The notes beneath the pieces were generated by a model, which saw only the letters and a list, made by a program, of their open reading frames with translations, made no database searches and was not told the origin of the DNA. A program made the translations under genes and the position numbers. A stretch of 32,000 nucleotides of DNA from Vibrio cholerae ATCC 14035 (GTDB lineage Bacteria > Pseudomonadota > Gammaproteobacteria > Enterobacterales > Vibrionaceae). Where the stretch lies: NCBI RefSeq assembly GCF_000621645.1, contig NZ_JHXR01000014.1, positions 1 through 32,000 of the forward strand. The letters run 5' to 3'. This document shows, piece by piece, positions 17,219 through 26,017 of the stretch (its first letter is position 1; the number at the start of each line of letters is the position of its first letter).

Positions 17219-17959
17219 CTACTCATCCAACGCAGCACGAATTCTGGCAATGAGCGACACGGCGTTTGGGTTATCGCCGTGCACACATAAAGTATCTGCT
17301 TCAATCGGGATAACGAACCCATCAGAACTGGTGACTTTGCCATAACGGGCGATTTGTCGCACTTGGTTGAGAATGGCTTCTTCGCTACTGAGTACCGCAT
17401 TGGGTTGTGAGCGCGGTGTCAGCTTGCCATTGGCGAGATAGGTACGGTCGGCAAAAGCTTCAAACAGCAGTGGTACATCAAAACGGTCCGCAATATCGAG
17501 ATAGTCTTGATTGTTGGCAGAAGCGAGCACCATCAGAGGCAGGTTAAAACAGGAAACGGCATCGACCACCGCACGAAAGATGCTCGGGTCGCTCATCATG
17601 TCGTTATACAGCGCGCCATGAGGCTTCACATAGCTCAATTGGCCATTTTTACTTTCACACAGCGCCTTCAGTGCGCCGACTTGGTAAAGAATGATTTCAC
17701 TCACTTCTTGCTCATTCATCGCCAACGAGCGGCGCCCAAATCCTTGCAAATCTGGGTAGCTAGGATGGGCACCTATCATCACTTCATGCTCAAGCGCTAA
17801 ATCTATCGTACGGCTCATAACATGAGGATCGGACGCGTGAAAGCCACAAGCGATATTGGCCATATCAATCCAAGGCATCACTTCTTCATCGGCCCCCATG
17901 GTCCAGACGCCGAAGCTTTCGCCCATATCGCAATTGAGTTGGATTGTCCGTTTGCTCAC
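17219..17959 (-). CDS. pxpA: 5-oxoprolinase subunit A (LamB/YcsF family)
   Basis: The 246-aa ORF has the N-terminal LNCDMGESFG motif and HPSYPD and VKPHGALYN blocks typical of LamB/YcsF proteins. Confidence 0.85.
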   Translation of the reverse strand: MSKRTIQLNCDMGESFGVWTMGADEEVMPWIDMANIACGFHASDPHVMSRTIDLALEHEVMIGAHPSYPDLQGFGRRSLAMNEQEVSEIILYQVGALKALCESKNGQLSYVKPHGALYNDMMSDPSIFRAVVDAVSCFNLPLMVLASANNQDYLDIADRFDVPLLFEAFADRTYLANGKLTPRSQPNAVLSSEEAILNQVRQIARYGKVTSSDGFVIPIEADTLCVHGDNPNAVSLIARIRAALDE

Positions 17960-18278
17960 TGATGTACATCCTTCTGTAAACTCTGCCCGCTAAAGTAGCG
18001 AAAAAGAGTGATTTCGTCAGCCGAAATTAGGGTTTGGTCAATAAATTTTGCGTGTTTTGGAGCATTCTGAATCAAATGCAATGCCACAAATGTTCCGGAT
18101 TGCCCGCCTCTCGCCTACTTTTCGCCACAAGGGGATATTTTAGAGCTTAAATCTGGATCTCAGATTTGATCCATTTGCTTCAGGTATAGTAGAGCCTGTT
18201 TTTAAATCCAGAGGCATCAATGTTTTGGCGATCGCTGAAAAGCCGTTACAATCGCCGAAAACATGAAGGAGGCTAGGC

Positions 18279-19295
18279 ATGAAAGTATTGGTTACAGGTG
18301 GCATGGGTTACATTGGCAGTCACACCTGTATTCAGATGATCCAAGCGGGTATGACCCCTGTGATCCTCGATAATTTATACAACAGTAAAGTAACGGTCCT
18401 TGATCGTATTGAAAAAGTGATTGGTGTTCGCCCTCAGTTTGTGCAAGGGGACATTCGTGATAAAGCTTTGCTGGTTGATCTCATGCAACAGCATAATATT
18501 GAGGCGGTTGTGCATTTTGCGGGCCTCAAAGCGGTGGGTGAGTCCGTACAAAAACCGCTCGAATATTACGATAACAACGTGAATGGCACCTTAGTTTTGG
18601 TGGCGGCGATGCGTGAAGCGGGCGTGAAATCGCTGGTGTTCAGCTCATCTGCAACCGTATATGGCGATCCTGCGTCTGTGCCGATCACTGAATCTTTCCC
18701 AACCAGCGCGACCAACCCATATGGGCGCAGCAAGTTGATGGTGGAAGAGTGTTTGACCGATTTTCAAAAAGCCAATCCAGACTGGAGTATTACGCTACTG
18801 CGCTACTTTAACCCGGTTGGCTCTCATCCCTCTGGTGAGTTGGGTGAAGATCCACAAGGCATCCCTAATAACTTGATGCCGTTTGTGTCTCAGGTTGCGG
18901 TAGGGCGCCGCGAGTATCTTTCCGTGTTTGGTAGCGATTATCCGACCAAAGATGGCACTGGGGTGCGTGATTACATCCATGTGATGGATCTGGCGGACGG
19001 TCATATTGCCGCGCTGCAAAAAGTCGGCACTCGTGCGGGTCTGCATATCTACAACCTAGGCACAGGGAATGGCTACAGCGTGCTTGAAATGGTGAAAGCG
19101 TTTGAAGCGGCTTCGGGTTGCGCTGTCCCTTATAAACTGGTGGAACGTCGTCCGGGGGATATCGCGGAGTGCTGGGCTGACCCGACAAAAGCTGCGCAAG
19201 ATCTCGGCTGGAGAGCAACCCGAACCTTAGATGAAATGACGCAAGATACTTGGCGCTGGCAGTCGAATAATCCGCAAGGTTACCCAGAAGCTTAA
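18279..19295 (+). CDS. galE: UDP-glucose 4-epimerase
   Basis: The 338-aa ORF begins MKVLVTGGMGYIGSH, has the catalytic YGRSK (YxxxK), and is colinear with E. coli GalE. AAGGAGG lies 6 nt upstream of the ATG. Confidence 0.95.
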   Translation: MKVLVTGGMGYIGSHTCIQMIQAGMTPVILDNLYNSKVTVLDRIEKVIGVRPQFVQGDIRDKALLVDLMQQHNIEAVVHFAGLKAVGESVQKPLEYYDNNVNGTLVLVAAMREAGVKSLVFSSSATVYGDPASVPITESFPTSATNPYGRSKLMVEECLTDFQKANPDWSITLLRYFNPVGSHPSGELGEDPQGIPNNLMPFVSQVAVGRREYLSVFGSDYPTKDGTGVRDYIHVMDLADGHIAALQKVGTRAGLHIYNLGTGNGYSVLEMVKAFEAASGCAVPYKLVERRPGDIAECWADPTKAAQDLGWRATRTLDEMTQDTWRWQSNNPQGYPEA

Positions 19296-19326
19296 ACAGT
19301 CATTAGTGACTGTTGCTATTGAATAC

Positions 19327-19354
19327 AAACGCCCATCATGATTGATGGGCGTTT
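19327..19354. terminator. Bidirectional terminator hairpin between galE and the convergent MCP gene
   Basis: AAACGCCCATC (19327-19337) pairs with GATGGGCGTTT (19344-19354), giving an 11-bp stem and 6-nt loop. Short T runs follow on both strands. Confidence 0.65.
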
Positions 19355-19385
19355 GCTTATGCGCTTCGCTGAGTTGAAACCTAAA

Positions 19386-20807
19386 TTAGGTGCGGTAGCG
19401 CGCGAGGATTTCCCCTAAATTGCGTGTCGCTTGAGTAATTTCACTGACACCTTGCGACGTCTGCTCTGCAACACGGCGCAGCGTGTTGGACTGGCTGCGA
19501 ATATCACTTAGTTCGGATGAAATATCGTGGGCAACCGAGCTCTGTTCGCTGGCTGAAGTGGAAATTTGCACACTGAGATCATTGATAAGCTGCGCCGAAT
19601 GCGCGATGGCTTGTACATCGTTACCCACTTCACTTACCAATTGGCTGCTGGTGTGTGCTTGGCTCACCGTCTGCTCGGTAAGTTTGGCGATGTTTTGGCT
19701 TTCCACCTGTAGCTTTTCAATCATGGCTTGAATTTCCACCGTGGCCGATTGAGTGCGACTGGCCAAAGTGCGGACTTCATCGGCAACCACCGCAAAACCT
19801 CGACCTTGTTCACCGGCGCGAGCTGCTTCAATGGCGGCATTGAGTGCCAAAAGATTGGTTTGCTCTGAAATGGCATTGATGGTGGTGATCACCGCATTAA
19901 TCTGCGTTGCATTGGTGTTGAGGGTTTCGACTGAGGATGACGCTTGGGCGATGTAACGTGAGAGCTGTTCAATATCTTGAATCGCTTTTCTCACTCGCTG
20001 CTGGCTGCGTTCAACCTGCTTGGTGTCTTGTTCCGTTTGTTCGGTGGCACGCTGTGAGGTCGTCGAAACTTCGGCTGCTGAAGCCGTCATCTCTTCCATC
20101 GCGGTGGCCACCGAATCGAGCGAACTGTATTGATTCTGAATCTGTACTTCCGATTCTTTCACTTCGTGAGCAAAAGTCATTGCGGTGTCACGCAGTGTGG
20201 CGCTGTTTTGTTTTACGGCCACAATCAGCTCTGCAAGTGTATCCATGGCTTTATCGAGCGCACAACCAATCGTCCCGAACTCATCACGTCCGGGATGGAA
20301 ACCGAGTCGTGATGTAAGATCGCCTTCAGCGATTTTTTGGGTGGTGGTATAAAGCACCCACAAGGCACCACCAATAAAGGTCGCGACCCAGTAAGTGAAA
20401 ATGGCAAAAGGAATGGCCCACAAATAGGTGAGTAAAAAGCTGCGCAGGGCTTGCTCGCGAGCCGGCTGCTCATACTGTTTCATTGACTCTGTATAGGCAT
20501 AGACCTGACCGTTTGCGCTAGTGGCACTGGCTGTGACGACACCTTGTGAATAGATCGTGTCGCTTACGCGATTTTGTACTTTCAGTACGGAAAGTTGGCT
20601 AGGGTCGGGATGGTTGAGTAGCCCTTGTAATTTGTATTCCACTGCCAATTGAGACTGCTGCTCAATGCTGGCAAGGGTGTGCCAATAGCGCATACCTGCA
20701 ATGGTGGTGATTGCGCTTAAAAACAGTAAAAAGATCACCCACATTTTGTCGTTAATCGACATGCGAATGAACACTCGGTCAATCGTCCTGAATTGAACTT
20801 CTCTCAT
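19386..20807 (-). CDS. Methyl-accepting chemotaxis protein
   Basis: The 473-aa ORF has two TM segments flanking a ~100-aa periplasmic region, a HAMP domain, and the conserved signalling hairpin [40 protein letters not shown] lies 5 nt upstream of the first ATG. Confidence 0.9.
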   Translation of the reverse strand: MREVQFRTIDRVFIRMSINDKMWVIFLLFLSAITTIAGMRYWHTLASIEQQSQLAVEYKLQGLLNHPDPSQLSVLKVQNRVSDTIYSQGVVTASATSANGQVYAYTESMKQYEQPAREQALRSFLLTYLWAIPFAIFTYWVATFIGGALWVLYTTTQKIAEGDLTSRLGFHPGRDEFGTIGCALDKAMDTLAELIVAVKQNSATLRDTAMTFAHEVKESEVQIQNQYSSLDSVATAMEEMTASAAEVSTTSQRATEQTEQDTKQVERSQQRVRKAIQDIEQLSRYIAQASSSVETLNTNATQINAVITTINAISEQTNLLALNAAIEAARAGEQGRGFAVVADEVRTLASRTQSATVEIQAMIEKLQVESQNIAKLTEQTVSQAHTSSQLVSEVGNDVQAIAHSAQLINDLSVQISTSASEQSSVAHDISSELSDIRSQSNTLRRVAEQTSQGVSEITQATRNLGEILARYRT

Positions 20808-20954
20808 GATGGCTCCTGCATAGCAAAAATAGCTGGCACAAGTTAATCATATTCAAGTGACAAAAGTGAGATTCATGTTCAATAAAAATGAAAGAATAAG
20901 ATAGGATTATTTCAATAATGAGATTTACATCAAGAAGTTGAGTTGCATAAAAAT

Positions 20955-20980
20955 AGGGCGAATAGAAGCCTATTCGCCCT
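20955..20980 (-). terminator. Rho-independent terminator after tyrP
   Basis: AGGGCGAATAG / CTATTCGCCCT forms an 11-bp stem with loop AAGC. On the minus strand it is followed by ATTTTTAT. Confidence 0.6.
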
Positions 20981-21034
20981 TAAAATCTGCTTTTATCTTT
21001 AAACGCTACCTAAGTCATAAGAGGAGCGTTAGGG

Positions 21035-22237
21035 TTAACCGAGAGCGGGAAGTATGCCTAACGTAATCAATAGCTGTGCGCCGATGATGAGTAGCCCGAC
21101 CAAACCTGTCACAAGCAGGGCCCCATTGCCCCCTGTAACTTGATAGTGTTGCTCAGTGGCTTGTTGGCGCACTTTGATCACCATCACCAGAGGTAAAAAG
21201 ATGGCCAGAATGGCGAGCGCAATCGCGGCATAGCCTAGCGCCATAATGAAGCCTTGCGGGTAGAACAGTGCAAAAATCAGCGGTGGTAAGAAAGTGACGA
21301 CAGACGCTAATGGGCGGTTCATTTTACCTTGTTGGTTACGTAGAGAATCCCCCATAAATTCAAACAAACCTAGACTAACACCCAAAAACGAGGTGAGTAG
21401 AGCAAGGTCAGCGAATACGCCGATGATGTTGCCAAGATTCGATTGGTGAACCGTGGTCGAGAGTACACCGATGAGCGCTGTGAGCCCCATATTGTCGAGT
21501 AGGGCAGATTGACTTACTACCCCAAGAGTGACTAGCTGCCAGAAAATGTAAATCACTAGCGGAATCGCAGAGCCGATCAAAATCGCTTTGCGCAGCGCAG
21601 GGGTATCACCATCTAAGTAATTCACAATCGCAGGAATACTGCCGTGGAAACCAAAGGAAGTAAAAATGACGGGAATGGCCGCGACAATCAAGCCCTGCTG
21701 AATCGGCATACTCAGTAAGTAAGACTGCGAAACATTGGGCGCGAGGAAAAACAGTACCGCTACCATAGCGATCATCTTGCCGGCAAATAATACACGATTG
21801 ACGCGATCCACTGTGCCTGTTCCAACGGTGACGACCAAAGCGACAATCAAGGTAAACAGCAAAGTACCGCTCGAACTTTCAACGTTCACGCCAGTGAAAT
21901 CGGTAATTCGTTGGGTAAATTGTGCGCCGCCGCCAGCAATGTAGGCCGCACACAGCGAGTAAAACAAAAATAACATAGCGAACGTCGCAACCCATTTGCC
22001 TTTATCGCCTAAAATCTGTTTGGCGAGAGTATGCAAAGTTGCTTCTTTATCCGCGTACTGGTGGATTTCTACCATCAGCAATGCAGTAAATGCCATCAGC
22101 ATCCACAAGCCGAGCATAATCATCAATGAGGTTGAGAAGCCAATACCGGCGGAAGCTAGAGGCAGAGCTAGCATTCCTGCACCAATCGTGGTGCCCGCGA
22201 TAATCAAAGTACTGCCTAAAAGCTTCGATTGCGTCAT
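21035..22237 (-). CDS. tyrP: Tyrosine-specific transport protein (aromatic amino acid/H+ symporter family)
   Basis: The 400-aa ORF is colinear with E. coli TyrP: GS.LIIAGTTIGAGMLA.PLA, IPVIFTSFGFHGSIPAIV, FADLALLTSFLGVSLGLF. Two TyrR-box-like sites lie upstream. Confidence 0.85.
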   Translation of the reverse strand: MTQSKLLGSTLIIAGTTIGAGMLALPLASAGIGFSTSLMIMLGLWMLMAFTALLMVEIHQYADKEATLHTLAKQILGDKGKWVATFAMLFLFYSLCAAYIAGGGAQFTQRITDFTGVNVESSSGTLLFTLIVALVVTVGTGTVDRVNRVLFAGKMIAMVAVLFFLAPNVSQSYLLSMPIQQGLIVAAIPVIFTSFGFHGSIPAIVNYLDGDTPALRKAILIGSAIPLVIYIFWQLVTLGVVSQSALLDNMGLTALIGVLSTTVHQSNLGNIIGVFADLALLTSFLGVSLGLFEFMGDSLRNQQGKMNRPLASVVTFLPPLIFALFYPQGFIMALGYAAIALAILAIFLPLVMVIKVRQQATEQHYQVTGGNGALLVTGLVGLLIIGAQLLITLGILPALG

Positions 22238-22364
22238 GTGTAAACTCTTTTATACGTTGTTAGATGTTGCGCTTAGTGATTTGTGCGAAATTTGACCGAT
22301 TAATAATCTCATTTCACTAGTTTTTGGCTATTCTGTAGAAGCTTTCGATTTGCGTCAATCTGTT

Positions 22365-22404
22365 TGTAAAAATTTAAATCCGAATTTGTAATTAATAATT
22401 TACA
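22365..22404. promoter_or_regulatory. Pair of adjacent TyrR-box-like sites upstream of tyrP
   Basis: TGTAATTAATAATTTACA (22387-22404) matches TGTAAA-N6-TTTACA with one mismatch. An adjacent half-matching box, TGTAAAAATTTAAATCCG (22365-22382), lies 4 bp away. This resembles the strong/weak box pairing known for E. coli tyrP. Confidence 0.45.
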
Positions 22405-22600
22405 CTTCATGTAACTGAGGTTTTTACCACAAAGAAACCTTGGTACTTACTACAAGCTGTGGTAAACCTTATTGGCGTTTCTGGAAGCGCTTACGATGAA
22501 CGTCTCACCAGAAACCGTTATCCCCATTCAACGTGAAGCTGAACCTTCAAGTCGAAAGGGTATAAAAGGATGAAATAAGTATGAATTAAGGAGGTCAACA

Positions 22601-22720
22601 ATGAGTGACCACAATCACAATGATGAATGTCTAGAGCTGCTTGATGCGATGGAGATTGGTTTTACGCTCAGCGATTACCAAGCGGTTGAATCAGAGCAAA
22701 CCGACGTCTCTGTGTCATAA
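22601..22720 (+). CDS. Small acidic hypothetical protein (39 aa), absent from the ORF track
   Basis: The ATG at 22601 is preceded by AAGGAGGT with a 5-nt spacer. It translates MSDHNHNDECLELLDAMEIGFTLSDYQAVESEQTDVSVS, with TAA at 22718-22720. It lies 36 nt upstream of acpH on the same strand. Confidence 0.45.
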   Translation: MSDHNHNDECLELLDAMEIGFTLSDYQAVESEQTDVSVS

Positions 22721-22756
22721 TCTCCCATCTCGGTGTAACACCGAATCTCTTATCCC

Positions 22757-23338
22757 ATGAATTTCCTTGCCCATTTGCATATTGCTCATCACTGCCAAAG
22801 TAGCTTACTCGGTAATTTACTGGGAGATTTTGTCAAAGGTGATCCGACAGAGCAGTACCCGCAATCTTTAGTGCAAGGAATCCGTTTACATCGCTGGGTT
22901 GATGCTTACACCGATAGCCACCCAGTGATGAAAGCGGCGAAATCTCTGTTTCCTTCCCAACAACAACGCTTTGCGCCGATTGCCCTCGACCTGTTTTGGG
23001 ATCACTGTTTAGTCAATACTTGGTCGAATTGGCATGCCGAGCCCTTGGGGCAGTTTCTGACTCATGCACAACAAGGGATAGCCGAAGAAAGTACATCGGC
23101 GCTGCCTGAGCGTTTTGTGCGAGTGAATCGCGCTATGTGGCAAGGAGAATGGTTAGCCTCCTATGCGGAGTTGGCTAATATTCGCTATGCGTTGAGCAAG
23201 ATGGCGCAGCGCAGCCCTCGCATGCAGCCTTTGGCTTATAGCGCGCAGGGATTAGAGGACAACTACACCGAGTTACAAGCACTGTTTGCGGTGCTGTATC
23301 CGGATGTTTTAGAGAAAGCCAAACGCCGTTCACTTTGA
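22757..23338 (+). CDS. acpH: Acyl carrier protein phosphodiesterase
   Basis: The 193-aa ORF begins MNFLAHLHIAH...LGNLLGDFVKG and contains RLHRWVDAYTDSHP, which are characteristic AcpH blocks. Confidence 0.85.
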   Translation: MNFLAHLHIAHHCQSSLLGNLLGDFVKGDPTEQYPQSLVQGIRLHRWVDAYTDSHPVMKAAKSLFPSQQQRFAPIALDLFWDHCLVNTWSNWHAEPLGQFLTHAQQGIAEESTSALPERFVRVNRAMWQGEWLASYAELANIRYALSKMAQRSPRMQPLAYSAQGLEDNYTELQALFAVLYPDVLEKAKRRSL

Positions 23339-23374
23339 TACAATCCGCGCCCCAAAAGTTATTAGGTACGCGAC

Positions 23375-24643
23375 ATGTCAGAACTCTCCATCACTTTTTC
23401 GCAATTAGGCTTGGATTCTCGTCTGCTGAATACATTGAGCGAGCTTGGGATCGCCAATCCCACGCCAATCCAACAGCAAGCTATTCCTCATGTATTGCAA
23501 GGAAAAGATGTACTGGCAGGGGCGCAAACCGGAACCGGTAAAACGGCGGCATTTGGCTTACCTTTGATCCAACGCTTTATTGAGCAGCCTTGGCAGCGTG
23601 AAGCAAACAGCAAAGAGATCCGGGCGTTAGTGCTGGTGCCAACGCGTGAGTTAGCTCAGCAAGTATTGGATAGCCTACAAGCCTACGCGAAAGGAACGGA
23701 GCTTAAGATCGTAGCCGTTTATGGCGGCACGAGCATGAAGGTACAGCTCAATCATTTGCGTGGTGGTGTGGATATTTTGATTGCGACGCCGGGGCGTTTG
23801 CTCGATCACGCCCATGTGAAATCGCTGTTTTTGGGCAAAGTTGAAGTGTTGGTACTCGATGAAGCGGATCGCATGCTGGATATGGGCTTTATGCCAGATT
23901 TGCAGCGCGTGCTGCGCCGTTTATCGCCACTGCGTCAAACGCTGTTTTTCTCTGCAACGTTTGATAGCAAAATCAAAGCGGTGGCGTATCGCATCATGCG
24001 TGATCCTATCGAAGTGCAGGTGACGCCATCCAATTCCACGGCAGAAACCGTGCAGCAGATGGTGTATCCGGTGGATAAAAAGCGCAAACGCGAACTGCTC
24101 TCTTATCTGATTGGCTCGAAAAATTGGCAGCAAGTGTTGGTGTTTACCAAAACCCGTCAAGGCAGTGATGCACTTGCGGAAGAACTCAAGTTGGATGGTA
24201 TAAAAGCGGTGTCGATTAATGGCGATAAAAGCCAAGGTGCACGCCAAAAGGCTTTGGATGATTTTAAAGCAGGCAAAGTGCGTGCTTTGATTGCGACCGA
24301 TGTCGCCGCACGTGGGTTAGATATTGCCCAGCTTGAGCAAGTGGTGAACTACGATATGCCATTTAAAGCGGAAGACTATGTGCATCGTATTGGGCGTACG
24401 GGACGCGCAGGTTTAGCGGGATTGGCGGTCTCTTTGCTGTCGCATGATGAACAGCCACAACTCGAAGCGATTGAGCGTTTACTCAATACACGTCTTCCTC
24501 AAGAATGGTTGAAAGGTTTTGAGCCTAGCCCTGTGGTGCATGAGGAAAATTCACCGCGTCGCTCGGCTGGCCGTTCGTCAGAAAAACGCAAACTAAAAGC
24601 ACAACTGAAAATCCATGCGCAGCGCGGTAAAAAAGCGCGTTAA
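23375..24643 (+). CDS. rhlE: DEAD-box ATP-dependent RNA helicase, RhlE-like
   Basis: Q motif TPIQQQAIP, Walker A AQTGTGKT, DEAD (VLDEADRM), SAT, HRIGRTGRAG, and a basic C-terminal tail. The N-terminal half is colinear with E. coli RhlE. Confidence 0.8.
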   Translation: MSELSITFSQLGLDSRLLNTLSELGIANPTPIQQQAIPHVLQGKDVLAGAQTGTGKTAAFGLPLIQRFIEQPWQREANSKEIRALVLVPTRELAQQVLDSLQAYAKGTELKIVAVYGGTSMKVQLNHLRGGVDILIATPGRLLDHAHVKSLFLGKVEVLVLDEADRMLDMGFMPDLQRVLRRLSPLRQTLFFSATFDSKIKAVAYRIMRDPIEVQVTPSNSTAETVQQMVYPVDKKRKRELLSYLIGSKNWQQVLVFTKTRQGSDALAEELKLDGIKAVSINGDKSQGARQKALDDFKAGKVRALIATDVAARGLDIAQLEQVVNYDMPFKAEDYVHRIGRTGRAGLAGLAVSLLSHDEQPQLEAIERLLNTRLPQEWLKGFEPSPVVHEENSPRRSAGRSSEKRKLKAQLKIHAQRGKKAR

Positions 24644-24742
24644 GTAGGGTCAATAAGTAGCACCCATCGATATCCCGTTTGCTATCCCCAATCACAGCAC
24701 ATCGCAAATAGTGCATCGGAAGGGGATAGCTCACATCGCCTA

Positions 24743-25477
24743 TTACTCTTCCGTCTCTTTATAGACATCTCGCCAGTCGCAACTGAGGGTATACACCAGC
24801 TCATCCACCGAGTTGGGCTGCATAATGTAAGGCTTGGCGACATGAAACTTCTCAACCATCAAAGCGTTAAACAACTGCCAATGTTTGAGTAAACAGGCGG
24901 AAACGTCTTCAATTTCCGGGGCCCAAGTTGCACGCATAAAAGGCGTCAAACTGGCGGCGCTGTGAGTGTACATAATCAGCTGCCATTTGATTTCCCACAA
25001 ATGGATCGGAGATTGGGGGTACTGACGGTTGTAGTCGTCCGCCAAGGATTCAACCAAGCGTTCAATCTCTCCAGAAGTATCGAGGAAATAATCGAATAAT
25101 TTATCTTCTTGGCGTACGGCATCCGCAATCAATTGGATTGGCTGTTTAATGATTAAGCCATGTGCCAACATGCGCATGAGGAAAGTGTACAGCTTTACAT
25201 TGACGGGAGTTTCTGCTGGCATGGCTTGGAGCACCGTCTGCATGTAGCGAATCATATAATCATGCAGGCCATCGCTGATGCTGTGCCAGATCTTTTCTTT
25301 ACTGCCGAAATGATGACGAATCAAGCTATGTGAGACGCCAGCCTTTTCACTGATATGGCGCAGAGAAACGCGTGAATAACCGAGCTCACAGAACAGCTCT
25401 GCCGCAATGGTGATAATGTGATAACGCGTTTTTTGGGCATCTTGCGCACTACGACGCCCCTGTTTTTTTTCAATCAT
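24743..25477 (-). CDS. TetR/AcrR-family transcriptional regulator
   Basis: The 244-aa ORF has an N-terminal TetR HTH: IITIAAELFCELGYSRVSLRHISEKAGVSHSLIRHHFGSKEKIW. Confidence 0.85.
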   Translation of the reverse strand: MIEKKQGRRSAQDAQKTRYHIITIAAELFCELGYSRVSLRHISEKAGVSHSLIRHHFGSKEKIWHSISDGLHDYMIRYMQTVLQAMPAETPVNVKLYTFLMRMLAHGLIIKQPIQLIADAVRQEDKLFDYFLDTSGEIERLVESLADDYNRQYPQSPIHLWEIKWQLIMYTHSAASLTPFMRATWAPEIEDVSACLLKHWQLFNALMVEKFHVAKPYIMQPNSVDELVYTLSCDWRDVYKETEE

Positions 25478-25580
25478 GTCAACCTAATGTATAACGGTCA
25501 CTGAGACGTCCCGATTTTTACCAGATCTGCGCCGATTTTTCATGACTCTTGTGCTTAAAAGTGGAATTTTTGGGAAAAAC

Positions 25581-25889
25581 TCATTGGGATGAGGCATAAA
25601 AAGCAGCAATGTCGCGCAAATCTTGATCATTTAAACGTTGCAACTGAGCTCTCATCATCTCCGCCATTGGGCCTGTGCGCTCACCTAGTTGATAAGCCTT
25701 CATCGCGCTATACAGATATTCTGCGCTTTGCCCATCAAGGTTAGGATAGCTGACCTGAGTAGCTTTGCCGTCGGTGCCGTGGCAAAACACACAACTTGGC
25801 GCTTTTTGTTTACCGAGTACCGGGTCGCCACTGGCGAAAAGCGGAGTCGAAACAAGGGTTAAACAAAGCAGAGAGCACACAACGCGCAT
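25581..25889 (-). CDS. Periplasmic class I mono-haem c-type cytochrome
   Basis: Haem-binding CVFCHG (CxxCH) with a distal Met-rich segment (GPMAEMM). I chose the start at 25889 (MRVVCSLLCLTLVSTPLFA, a signal peptide, with GGAG 7 nt upstream). The tracked start at 26021 would overlap ltaE and run through a terminator hairpin. Confidence 0.8.
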   Translation of the reverse strand: MRVVCSLLCLTLVSTPLFASGDPVLGKQKAPSCVFCHGTDGKATQVSYPNLDGQSAEYLYSAMKAYQLGERTGPMAEMMRAQLQRLNDQDLRDIAAFYASSQ

Positions 25890-25936
25890 CAATAAACTCC
25901 AAACAAGAGGGTGTAAATCAGTGGCGTGGAGTATAA

Positions 25937-25957
25937 AGCTTCCCCTAAGGGGAAGCT
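25937..25957 (-). terminator. Hairpin between ltaE and the cytochrome c gene (terminator or attenuator)
   Basis: AGCTTCCCC / GGGGAAGCT forms a 9-bp stem with loop TAA. On the minus strand it is followed by TTTATACT. Confidence 0.5.
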
Positions 25958-26017
25958 CAAGAGGTCGCGAGCGAGAATAAAGAGAGTTTAGGAGCCTGTT
26001 GGCATTCTCAACTTCAC

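Noticed and set aside
23335-23541. 68-aa ORF overlapping the start of the helicase gene
   Set aside because: It is off-frame relative to a gene carrying all DEAD-box motifs, and it has no SD.
25463-25470. T8 (A8 on the coding strand) homopolymer in codons 3-6 of the TetR gene as a phase-variation switch
   Set aside because: The run is short and encodes Lys-Lys in an ordinary N-terminus. There is no evidence of variability from a single sequence.
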